This document shows, in pieces, positions 1 through 8,576 of a DNA stretch of 64,000 bases. Origin of the DNA: Thermodesulfovibrionia bacterium (GTDB lineage: Bacteria > Nitrospirota > Thermodesulfovibrionia > UBA6902); NCBI GenBank assembly GCA_020053105.1, contig JAGVNU010000042.1:15502-79501 (forward strand), written 5' to 3'. How positions within the stretch are numbered: the first letter of the stretch is position 1; each line of letters opens with the position of its first letter. The notes under the pieces were generated by a model. The model made no database searches. It was not told the DNA's origin and saw only the letters and a program-made list of their open reading frames with translations. The translations under genes and the position numbers were made by a program.

Positions 1-655
1 TCGAAAAATGGACGTTATACCAGTGCCATATAAACAGGAACAGAGCGGCCAGAAGCGCTTCATCACTATGGGCGATTAATAAAAAGTTCAAGACCCCTCC
101 CGGCAGTATTTGTGTGAAAAGTTCCTTGTTCCACAAAATAACTCCTGAAGCCCCGATGACAACCATACCCCAGAAAGGGGCCCAGTAATCAAATTTTTCT
201 TTCCATGTCATCTCATCCCCGTCAGGTCGTTTAGCAGTAAGAAACAGGAGATACTTCATTAGGTCCCTTATATCATATGCATCCTTCAGATTGGGCGCCA
301 TCTTTTGGGTAAGCACAATTTTTAAAGCTCCAAACTTCTTTAACGCACCTTTCTTTTTAGCCGGCTCAATATAATATTTACGGATTACATAAATCAGGTA
401 AAAAATATGGTAGAAAAATAATCCCACCAATATGGCGCCGTTGACTTTATGGACGGTCGGGGCATACTGAATGCCGCCGAACAGAGAATAAAGATAGGGG
501 GCCCATGAAGCTTCATTAAATTTAAGGGGCATGCCGGTTAAGACAAGAATAACGATTGTGAAGGCCAGAATAAAATGCTGTATCCTCTGGTTAAGGGAAA
601 ACCTGTAAAAGTATTTTTGACCGTCTTTTATCTTTATTGCCGGATATTTTTCCAT
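1..655 (-). CDS. Di-haem b-type cytochrome membrane subunit (FdnI/PhsC/CbcB-like), 3' end beyond window edge
   Basis: Not in the ORF track because it runs off the window. Reverse-strand ATG at 655-653 lies directly after the stop of the 659..1717 gene. My translation is MEKYPAIKIKDGQKYFYRFSLNQRIQHFILAFTIVILVLTGMPLKF...HSDEALLAALFLFIWHWYNVHFS. It is a clear paralogue of the 6251..7129 product (shared QHF, LTG, FGG, YH, H[AS]DEA, WHW[SY]NVH blocks) and has several hydrophobic helices with conserved His. Confidence 0.75.
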   Translation of the reverse strand, partial: MEKYPAIKIKDGQKYFYRFSLNQRIQHFILAFTIVILVLTGMPLKFNEASWAPYLYSLFGGIQYAPTVHKVNGAILVGLFFYHIFYLIYVIRKYYIEPAKKKGALKKFGALKIVLTQKMAPNLKDAYDIRDLMKYLLFLTAKRPDGDEMTWKEKFDYWAPFWGMVVIGASGVILWNKELFTQILPGGVLNFLLIAHSDEALLAALFLFIWHWYNVHFS

Positions 656-658
656 GGT

Positions 659-1717
659 CTATTTCCTCCGTCCTATTGTTGCATGCGGAAAGAACCTCCT
701 TACCAAATCAAGGAATATAATCCCCATGAGGGGAAGCAATGTGCCGCCGGTCAGGACAATAAAGAAAAACGTGAAAAAATACTGTGCCGGGCTCTGCGTC
801 AGGTTGAATTCAGAATGGACCCCGTAGTTTGCAAGCTTTGGTGAAGCACTCGGATGGCAATCTATGGTAGCGCAGACTTTACCTTTATTGGTTTCATGTA
901 TGGATGATAAAGGGTCCTTGTGACTAAGCATCTGGTGAACGGATTCTCCCTTATTAACATGACAGTCAAGACAGTCAGGAACCCGTTCGTCAAGGAAAGT
1001 GGCCGCCTTGCCGTGGAAGGTCTCTCCGTATGAAAAAACTGCCTTTGTCGACAGGCCGTGCCTTGTTACTAAAGAGGAATCGTCGTGGCATCTTCCGCAC
1101 ATTTCCGCAATATTCAGGGGGTTCCTGCTTTTGTGCAGCCTTGTTGTCACATGGTTATAAAACTGATAAATGAAATCATCTTTTTTGTGACATACCCTGC
1201 ATCTGCCGAGAGATGCTTCAGAGATGCCGGGCCGTACTTTTTTAAAGAACGAAAGAGGTCTGTATAACGGCTCGTCATGACAGTCTTTGCATGAAGGATA
1301 ATCCTCAGAAAATTTCTTGTCGTTGCCGATCTTATCAACTTTCCCGTGTACACTGGTTTTTATGAAAGTAGCCACATCTTTATGTGAGAATTTTGTTTCG
1401 GTGGTGGGCTCTATAATGTGGCATTCTACGAGGCAATCGACCTTTTTAGCAGCTTTATGTGGAATTTCGGTAATGTCGGTATGGCAACCTTCACATTTAA
1501 CCTTTGCGTGAACGCCGTTATTATAGATAGACTCATTAATAAAAAACAGTCTCATGCGTCCTTCTTCATCGACTCTGCTCAGTCCTGGATATTTGTGGCA
1601 CAAGAGACAGTTGCCGATGTCTGCTGCAAAAGAAGTTTTTTGTACTGAATCAGAGATGAGAATCAGGAACGATAAAGAGAAGATGAAGCATATTTTCTTA
1701 GCCCGGGTTAAATTCAT
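659..1717 (-). CDS. Membrane-anchored multihaem c-type cytochrome (6 CxxCH + CX3CH + CX4CH), Cbc-type partner of the downstream cytochrome b
   Basis: 352-aa ORF with an N-terminal signal/anchor. Motifs: CLLCH, CEGCH, CKDCH, CRVCH, CGRCH, CLDCH plus CLVECH and CATIDCH. C-terminal TM helix (YFFTFFFIVLTGGTLLPLMGIIFL). Paralogue of 7174..8256 (NCLLCHKYPGLSRVDEEGR vs NCLMCHKYRQIGRIDEKGR). Confidence 0.85.
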   Translation of the reverse strand: MNLTRAKKICFIFSLSFLILISDSVQKTSFAADIGNCLLCHKYPGLSRVDEEGRMRLFFINESIYNNGVHAKVKCEGCHTDITEIPHKAAKKVDCLVECHIIEPTTETKFSHKDVATFIKTSVHGKVDKIGNDKKFSEDYPSCKDCHDEPLYRPLSFFKKVRPGISEASLGRCRVCHKKDDFIYQFYNHVTTRLHKSRNPLNIAEMCGRCHDDSSLVTRHGLSTKAVFSYGETFHGKAATFLDERVPDCLDCHVNKGESVHQMLSHKDPLSSIHETNKGKVCATIDCHPSASPKLANYGVHSEFNLTQSPAQYFFTFFFIVLTGGTLLPLMGIIFLDLVRRFFPHATIGRRK

Positions 1718-1967
1718 ATGTTCAACCCTCCTGAGTTGAAATTGACTTTAATCATGCAGCCTGCCCACGATACTAAAATATAGTAACCCCTCTGGTAAAA
1801 CTATGTTTAACTAATGGACAAGTATAATTTGTTCTATCCCATAAACTCATGCAAGCCATGAGTAACTCAGATTACAAAAATTGACTTAACTATTTTTACT
1901 ACAATAAATTCTGTTTGTAAAATAATTAATTATTATAGGACTATTAAACGGGAATTGCGTGCTGATA

Positions 1968-4262
1968 TTATTCGATGAATTTAATCAGTGAAGCAGGGGG
2001 TTCAACTCTTTCATTGGGGTCATGAAAGTATTTATATCTGAAGATCGCGTCAAGGCCGTGGCAGTCTATGCAGATATTATTATAGCTTACATTCCGAAGA
2101 AAGCTGTTTGTTGCATTGCCTTCAAGGTTTTTGTTGACACCTTTTTCTTTAACGAGAGGGCTCCACTGATGAGCATTATGACATGAAGGACAGGAGATGT
2201 TCCCGACGTTTACTTCGGCCCCGGTTATTTTGTCGAATATAGGGGAGAAATCGAGAGACTGTCTGTCACTGCGCAGGACATTATTTATTAATCTTTCTTC
2301 GGGATGAGAAGCGATCGCGGGTATTTTAGTTTTCGCGATTCCATCTGAGGAATGACATCCGTTACATAGAGAGTCTATCAGATCCTCATCGCCGGTTATT
2401 TTTCCGTATGCCCGGCCCCATAGTTTCATATTATTGGGACTGTTATGGACAAGGTGGCATACTCCGCACTGCCCCGATTCCCTGACTGTCTGGCCTAGCA
2501 GGTTTTTCGCTTCCGGACCAGTGATATTCATATCGTGGTCGGTCCCATCAACAAATGCCTTTTCTTTATGACAGGTCTTACACAGGTCGGATGATGGAGA
2601 GTTGGATTTTCTAAGGAAACTGTTTCCGGCGTCCCCTTCAACATTTTCAGATGTATAATTCTGCACAGGATTAATTGGGTCCCACGTGTGAGGGTCATGG
2701 CATGTTAAGCATGCGATTTTCCCGTCGGCTGTTTTATTCCCTTCATTGTCAAACAACGGCAGGGTCGTCGTAATATTGAACTTGTCCAACGTTACTCCCA
2801 CTGCGTGATAGTTGTCTCCGAGAAGTTTGGCCTTTGCCGCTCCGTTGCTGTTGTGGCAACCTGTACAAAGCTGTGAGGCGGTATCTTTATCGCTGGAGAT
2901 TTTTTTTGCCCATAAACGGTTTGATACAGCGTTATGGGGGATATGACATACGCCGCAGGGGCCGGAAACGAGAGGGGTAAAACCCTGCACGTTTTTTTCT
3001 TCGGGTGCGGTTACCGCAAGGTTGTGGTCGGATGTTGCCAATTGTTCTTTGTCAGTATGACACTTAAGACATAGAATGGAAGAGTCATTGGCTAGTCTGA
3101 GAAAACTGTTCGAAGAATCTCCCTCAACATCTTTGCCGCCTTTATTAATGAGCGAGTTCGGGTCCCATCTGTGAATATCATGACAGGTAAAACACTGAAC
3201 ATTTCCTTTTGGATTTTTGGCGCCGTCTTCTGAAAATAAAGGAAGTTCATCAGACAGTTTTACGTCTGAAGCCAGCTTTGCATTAATAGGGTGTGAATAT
3301 TCTCCTATGCGCTTTGTCTTATAATCAGTATTTTCTCCGTGGCATGTAAGACACATCTGTGATGCTGGATTCCCTTCTTTAATCGGTCTTGCCCAAAGCC
3401 TGTTGCCGGCTGCGTTATGCGGTGTGTGACAAGCACTGCAGGGGCCTGAATCAGATAGCTGCTGTTTCTTGATGTTCTTTTCATCCGGGAGGGTTGTACG
3501 CAGATCATGTTTTGTATCGACCAGGGATTTCTGCTTTTCGTGGCAGAGAGAACATAGGTCCGAGTTTCTGTTGTCGACGATCAGAATCTTGTTCCCTTTG
3601 GCCCCATGTACTTTGTGGCAGGACTGACATACTACCTTATTTTTTTCTGATGCGGGTTTTGCGCCTAATTCAAATAGCTTCACAGGCAGTTCGAGTGCTT
3701 TAGTATGCACAGGATGCCCGTTTGAGAACTTAAATGAAGCTTCATTCCGATGGCACTTCTCGCACAGACTGGAATCAATATTAACTTCCCTGAAAACAGA
3801 GGTCCTTCCGGTAGGGTCACCGTGCTGCGCAGCTGCGCCTTTTCCGTGGGCTGAATGGCAGGTGCCACAGTATATTTCGTCTTTCACACTCAGAGGCAGG
3901 TCTATGGGGACCGTTATATTTTTTGAGGGCTTCACAAAAACCGGATGCCGGTTATAGGTCCACGTAATGTGACGTGATTCCATTACATATCCGTCATGAC
4001 AGCTGTAACATATTTCTTCGGAGCTGACAACGCCCTGAGTATCCTTCATCAGGACATTGCCAGATGGAAATTCTACAAGCGTTTCCTGGTCGGTCCTGAA
4101 GTCTTCCATCCACTCGATATGACAGACAACACAGTCTCTTTTAGAAGACATTTCAAGGGCAAACGTGTAATGATTGAAAATAAGAAAAAAGAAGGCAGTG
4201 AGTAAAATATATAATGAGTACTTATTGAATCTGACGTTGGAAATCATTAGCTTTAATTCCAA
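1968..4262 (-). CDS. 18-haem c-type cytochrome built from repeated 4-haem modules
   Basis: 764-aa ORF with an N-terminal hydrophobic signal (YSLYILLTAFFFLIFNHYTFA). I counted 18 CxxCH motifs. A repeating unit recurs (CxxCH-xPHN..NRLW, CxxCH, CxTCHD[IP]H.WDP, NSFLR...CxxCH). Start may be Met1 (4262) or Met6 (4247). Confidence 0.9.
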   Translation of the reverse strand: MELKLMISNVRFNKYSLYILLTAFFFLIFNHYTFALEMSSKRDCVVCHIEWMEDFRTDQETLVEFPSGNVLMKDTQGVVSSEEICYSCHDGYVMESRHITWTYNRHPVFVKPSKNITVPIDLPLSVKDEIYCGTCHSAHGKGAAAQHGDPTGRTSVFREVNIDSSLCEKCHRNEASFKFSNGHPVHTKALELPVKLFELGAKPASEKNKVVCQSCHKVHGAKGNKILIVDNRNSDLCSLCHEKQKSLVDTKHDLRTTLPDEKNIKKQQLSDSGPCSACHTPHNAAGNRLWARPIKEGNPASQMCLTCHGENTDYKTKRIGEYSHPINAKLASDVKLSDELPLFSEDGAKNPKGNVQCFTCHDIHRWDPNSLINKGGKDVEGDSSNSFLRLANDSSILCLKCHTDKEQLATSDHNLAVTAPEEKNVQGFTPLVSGPCGVCHIPHNAVSNRLWAKKISSDKDTASQLCTGCHNSNGAAKAKLLGDNYHAVGVTLDKFNITTTLPLFDNEGNKTADGKIACLTCHDPHTWDPINPVQNYTSENVEGDAGNSFLRKSNSPSSDLCKTCHKEKAFVDGTDHDMNITGPEAKNLLGQTVRESGQCGVCHLVHNSPNNMKLWGRAYGKITGDEDLIDSLCNGCHSSDGIAKTKIPAIASHPEERLINNVLRSDRQSLDFSPIFDKITGAEVNVGNISCPSCHNAHQWSPLVKEKGVNKNLEGNATNSFLRNVSYNNICIDCHGLDAIFRYKYFHDPNERVEPPASLIKFIE

Positions 4263-4387
4263 ATCGCAAGCACTAAATAATAAATAAATGCCAATTCATA
4301 ACGAGGGGGAAATTTGAAATACTGGAAAGTTTTGTAATTGGAATTTATTTGTTAAATGGGACTTGTGTGAATTATTTTTTTTTGTTT

Positions 4388-5305
4388 TCATTCTAATATC
4401 TTCAGTACGCTTATTGCGTTTCCTCTCATTTCCACTACGAGTAGTCTATCATTTTTATCAGCAATAATTCCTACCGGAGACTTAAATTTTTTTATCCTGT
4501 TGTTTTCGCAAATGACCCCGAGGAACCGCCCCAGGTCCGTAAATGCCTGTATCACTCCCATATAACTGTCGCTTATGAACACCCTGTTTTTCTTGCCCAG
4601 GGCCACCCCCTTAGGTCTGAACAGATGTCCCTGCAGTACCCCCCATGAACCAATAGACACGATATGTTTTCCGAACGGATCAAATTTCTGGACCCTGGTA
4701 TTAAGCACATCAACGATAAAGATTTCATTGTATTCATTTAATGTCATAATTCCAGGGTATCTGAATTCCCCGGAGGTCTCTCCGAATCCTCCCCACTCGA
4801 AATCATACGTGCCGTTTTGTTTGTACACCTTAATCTTATGGTTATTATTATCAGATACATAGAGGAAATTATTTAAGTTAGAGGCAGCAACATCGACTGG
4901 TTCAGAAGGCGCCTCCCCGTGGCCGGCCTTAACCGTAAACATGTATAAAAAATTGCCTTCGGAATCAAAAACCTGAATCCTGCTATTCCCGGTATCGGCA
5001 ATAAAAACTTTCCCTGAGTCAGATATATCAATTCCGAGGGGCAGCTTGAACTGTCCCTTTTCAGTCCCCTCGCTGCCAAAAGAGAATTTCCATCCCCCGT
5101 TATCGTTAACTACAATTATCCGGCTGTTAACTCCATCTACGAGGTATATGTTCCCCTTTGAATCCAGGGCGATATCACTTGGCTGATTTGCTCCAGGCTT
5201 GATGTCGAAGAGAAATTTGGTGTTGATGCATTCTATTGCAAATGAACTCGCTGGCAGGAAAAGAACAACAATAATTAATATTAATTGAACAAGAAAAGGT
5301 AGCAA
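4388..5305 (-). CDS. Secreted NHL-repeat beta-propeller protein
   Basis: 305-aa ORF with a signal peptide (LILIIVVLFLPASSFA). Repeated NHL-type blades, e.g. PSDIALDSKGNIYLVDGVNSRIIVV, PLGIDISDSGKVFIADTGNSRIQVF, YPGIMTLNEYNEIFIVDVLNTRVQKF, PKGVALGKKNRVFISDSYMGVIQAF. Confidence 0.85.
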   Translation of the reverse strand: MLPFLVQLILIIVVLFLPASSFAIECINTKFLFDIKPGANQPSDIALDSKGNIYLVDGVNSRIIVVNDNGGWKFSFGSEGTEKGQFKLPLGIDISDSGKVFIADTGNSRIQVFDSEGNFLYMFTVKAGHGEAPSEPVDVAASNLNNFLYVSDNNNHKIKVYKQNGTYDFEWGGFGETSGEFRYPGIMTLNEYNEIFIVDVLNTRVQKFDPFGKHIVSIGSWGVLQGHLFRPKGVALGKKNRVFISDSYMGVIQAFTDLGRFLGVICENNRIKKFKSPVGIIADKNDRLLVVEMRGNAISVLKILE

Positions 5306-5345
5306 GGCGATTATTTTCAGTAATGTTTTTGTTTTATATTAACAT

Positions 5346-5386
5346 TCCCACAGAGATTTCCGAAATGTCAGGAAATCTCTGTGGGA
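5346..5386 (-). other. Perfect 16-bp stem / 9-nt loop hairpin between tri-haem cytochrome gene and NHL gene
   Basis: tcccacagagatttcc (5346-5361), loop gaaatgtca, ggaaatctctgtggga (5371-5386). No U-tract follows on either strand. Confidence 0.6.
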
Positions 5387-5403
5387 GAGAATTGCAAGAA
5401 AGA

Positions 5404-6234
5404 CTATTCTGAAAACAGGTTAGGGATGTAGAACTCTTCATATTTAGTCACCATCCCTTTAATGTTTAACTGCTCAAGGTCTATGATTCTGTTTGCTGAG
5501 AACCCCAAGGTTCTAAAATCAAGAATGCCATTTCTTGAGTGGCAAACTTTGCATTCATGTCCTTTAGCTTTAATATGCACATGGAATTTCTTTTTAACGT
5601 TATCTCTCTGCTCAGGAGTAAGTTTGTCCCTGACCTTTACATAATCCTGAGCCAAATCTGAATCCTGTATCTGAATCGCCGACTTGAATTTATCTCCGCT
5701 TCTGTAAAAGGGAGATATCTTGGAAAACTGGTCTTCAACCTCAACCAGGTTTCCGGACTCAGTATCATATGAAGTACCAAAAAATGGTCCCTTTGGATTT
5801 TCGTTCAAAGGGTTATACCACTTATAAATTACGCTCATTCCTGGTTGTTCTTCGATATGACATGTTTCGCATACGAAAAATTGTGTGTGCATGTTCAACA
5901 TTGCCCGTACTTTCTTATTTTTGCTGTGGGGGTAGTCGGAATGACATATGTAACAGACAGGGCGCATATTTTCAGGGAGTTGGGGATATTCGACAACATG
6001 ATGAAAATGCCTGTGCTTCTCGTATTCCTCCTGCTGCCTCACTTCATCGAGGATCGCTGATTTTTGAGATTCTTCGATCTTCTCCTTTATCGGTACTAAA
6101 ACAGCAGGGCCGTGAGGAGAAAAAGTGATCTGGTATATAACTGCTATCAATACTGAAAGCGTAATAATCTTAAAAATAAACCCGATTACATAAACTGATT
6201 TGGGATGTTCTAATCGCTTTGGTTCGCCTGGCAC
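5404..6234 (-). CDS. Membrane-anchored tri-haem c-type cytochrome
   Basis: 276-aa ORF with one N-terminal TM helix (VYVIGFIFKIITLSVLIAVIY). Motifs CYICH, CETCH, CKVCH. I do not recognise the family more precisely. Confidence 0.7.
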   Translation of the reverse strand: MPGEPKRLEHPKSVYVIGFIFKIITLSVLIAVIYQITFSPHGPAVLVPIKEKIEESQKSAILDEVRQQEEYEKHRHFHHVVEYPQLPENMRPVCYICHSDYPHSKNKKVRAMLNMHTQFFVCETCHIEEQPGMSVIYKWYNPLNENPKGPFFGTSYDTESGNLVEVEDQFSKISPFYRSGDKFKSAIQIQDSDLAQDYVKVRDKLTPEQRDNVKKKFHVHIKAKGHECKVCHSRNGILDFRTLGFSANRIIDLEQLNIKGMVTKYEEFYIPNLFSE

Positions 6235-6250
6235 TTTAAAGTCACCTCCT

Positions 6251-7129
6251 TTAGTTCGTGTCGTAGCCGTTTTCTCTTAAGATTTTTTTCATATATTCTC
6301 TTTCTTCCGGAAACTCTTTCAGATTGTAAACGTATTCCAGGAAGTGCTCTTCTATTTGATGTTCTCTGGTAATTCTTCCAGTCAGAAAAGACCACTGAAG
6401 AGGGAATCTGCCGGGGACCAGGTGTACATTTGACCAGTGCCAAAAGACAATAACTGTAATTGCCATGATCGCTTCATCGGCGTGCATCAACCTGGCCAGG
6501 TCCTGACCGAATCTGGGGTTAGGCCAGATAGTTGCCATTGTCTCGGGAAACAATAATGACGTTCCCGCTGATACCAGCACAAAGGTCCCCCATAAAATCG
6601 CAACGTAGTGAAGTTTCTGCTTGTACATGAATTTATACATCTTGGGACGTTGCTCCTCTTTCCCCAAGAAATATTTAATATCGTGGACCATATCATGAGC
6701 ATCCTTTATAAGGGGAATCTGTGTCCTGTTAATATTAAATTTTTTTGTCATGATTTTGTGGAGGGTCCCGCCGATAATTGTTATAAGGTGGTATACGCTT
6801 GCAATAACCATTAATGCTGCTGCTATTCTATGGATAAGTCGTGCCGTGTCCGGTCCGCCAAAAAGCTTCATCACGAGAGGCGCCCACCATAGGCTGGCGA
6901 AGTGTAAAGTCAGCCCAGTGGCTGCAAGGATGAGGAATGTTATAAATGTTAAAAAATGCTGGATAACTATATGATATGAGTAACGCGGGAGGTCTCCCAG
7001 CGGATCTGATTTTACATATTTATATATGTCTCTCGGGATATTTCCCACGCCTTCAACGTATGTATAGTATTCATCAGCCCCCGCCTCTTTGGAAGAAGCC
7101 GCGATATTTTCACTAGATGTTGACATCAT
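6251..7129 (-). CDS. Di-haem b-type cytochrome membrane subunit (FdnI/PhsC/CbcB-like)
   Basis: 292-aa ORF with multiple TM helices carrying conserved His (HIVIQHF, HRIAAALMV..YH, HADEAIMAITVIVFWHWSNVH). Lies immediately downstream of the multihaem gene 7174..8256. Paralogue of the partial gene at 1..655. Confidence 0.8.
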   Translation of the reverse strand: MMSTSSENIAASSKEAGADEYYTYVEGVGNIPRDIYKYVKSDPLGDLPRYSYHIVIQHFLTFITFLILAATGLTLHFASLWWAPLVMKLFGGPDTARLIHRIAAALMVIASVYHLITIIGGTLHKIMTKKFNINRTQIPLIKDAHDMVHDIKYFLGKEEQRPKMYKFMYKQKLHYVAILWGTFVLVSAGTSLLFPETMATIWPNPRFGQDLARLMHADEAIMAITVIVFWHWSNVHLVPGRFPLQWSFLTGRITREHQIEEHFLEYVYNLKEFPEEREYMKKILRENGYDTN

Positions 7130-7173
7130 CCCTCCTTATATATAGAGATATTCCTGTATTTCGTCTCATGATA

Positions 7174-8256
7174 TTATTTGGATTTCTTCCGCTTCGATTC
7201 TCCGCGCCAGGATGTTCCACGTACGATCTGCATGCTAATCCCGTCTTTTCTTCTGCCGTAGGATTCGAGCATTGCAAGGCCTATCAAGCTGAAAACTGAT
7301 CCATAAAATACAAATCCCAAAATAACATTCACAGAATATAAAAACGGTTTTTCATGCGGCCCGATTTCTGAATGCACATCAATTTGAGCAAACCTTTCAG
7401 TTACGTTTTCATGACACTGTTTGCACGTTTTTACAAGGTTTGCTTTATTCACTGTGGCGTGCGGTTCATCTTTCTTGTAAATGTCATGTATTGAGCTTGT
7501 GGCATGACAACTCACACAGTCGGCAGCTGTTTGCGATCCCAAGCCTATAGCTTTGCCATGGATTGACTCATTATAAGTTTTTACCGCCTCCATGCTTTCC
7601 CTGGAGACCTTCAGCTTTTTCATTAGCACAAGATCAGCATGGCAATTCTTGGCGCACAACTGGACAATTTCCTGAGGCGAGCGTGAGGTCTTGGACCGCA
7701 GGCGATGGGTTATATGTTTATAAGCTTGCGTAACGCCTTTTCTTTCATGACAATTCAAACAACGGCTTAAGGTCTCTTCAAAGGCGATCCTTTGTTCATC
7801 GACCCGTGTATAAATAGGATTAAGATGACAATATTTGCAATATGGTTTTGCCGCCTTTAATTCTGCAGAGTCATCGTCTTTGGAGCCGTGAACGCTCCTG
7901 TTATATACATCTATAATTTTCTTATGAGAAAAATTTTCATTCGAGAAGGGGGGCTTGATGTGACACTCGTTGGCACAATTGACTTCTTGTGTTACAGGAT
8001 CATGAGGAAGTTTATCTATATATGTGTGGCAGTCTCTGCAGGGGACGTTTCTGTGGACAGCATTAGCGTAAATATTTTCACTGACAAAATAACTCCTCTT
8101 ACGTCCCTTCTCATCAATCCGCCCGATCTGGCGATACTTATGACACATAAGGCAATTCTCTTTGTCTGCTGCATCAACACCGGGAGCCATAAAAGAGAAC
8201 AAAAGGAATATCGCAAGGAATAAAGTTTTACTAGTTAAAATTTTTATAAATTCCAA
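7174..8256 (-). CDS. Membrane-anchored multihaem c-type cytochrome (6 CxxCH + 2 CX3CH), Cbc-type
   Basis: 360-aa ORF with a signal peptide (LFLAIFLLFSFMAPGVDA). Motifs: CLMCH, CRDCH, CKYCH, CLNCH, CVSCH, CKQCH plus CANECH and CAKNCH. C-terminal TM helix (VILGFVFYGSVFSLIGLAML). Confidence 0.85.
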   Translation of the reverse strand: MEFIKILTSKTLFLAIFLLFSFMAPGVDAADKENCLMCHKYRQIGRIDEKGRKRSYFVSENIYANAVHRNVPCRDCHTYIDKLPHDPVTQEVNCANECHIKPPFSNENFSHKKIIDVYNRSVHGSKDDDSAELKAAKPYCKYCHLNPIYTRVDEQRIAFEETLSRCLNCHERKGVTQAYKHITHRLRSKTSRSPQEIVQLCAKNCHADLVLMKKLKVSRESMEAVKTYNESIHGKAIGLGSQTAADCVSCHATSSIHDIYKKDEPHATVNKANLVKTCKQCHENVTERFAQIDVHSEIGPHEKPFLYSVNVILGFVFYGSVFSLIGLAMLESYGRRKDGISMQIVRGTSWRGESKRKKSK

Positions 8257-8576
8257 ATCCCTCTCCTCCTATTCATGCAAAGATATTTATTGGTTTTGAG
8301 GTCTATCGGGGCCACATATCATGCCAGCGGAGATCTACCCCTGAATAGCAACTGTTAATAATAACATATGGAATACATATGTTTGCTTAAATTATATTAA
8401 TAAAATTATAAGTCATTCTTTTGAGAGTTTACAAAAGTGAGTATTATTAACATTTGAAATATCTTTTGTCAAGAATCGTGGCTTCTCATTTTATGATGTT
8501 GAAATTTGCAACCAGAATGATTTTCAATAAAGTGGAAATAAAGTAGGTGGCCTGGCGTGTATGTTATATTTAAGTA

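Noticed and set aside
575-844. 89-aa plus-strand ORF in the track
   Set aside because: It lies antisense across the junction of two well-supported minus-strand genes (cytochrome b at 1-655 and multihaem c at 659-1717). It has no recognisable motifs. It is a shadow ORF.
8311-8327. Minus-strand CTGGCAT-N5-GTGGC upstream of the Cbc-like operon
   Set aside because: The -24 half is good, but the -12 element lacks GC at the correct offset (GG at the expected position, GC one nt off). There is not enough evidence to call a sigma54 promoter.
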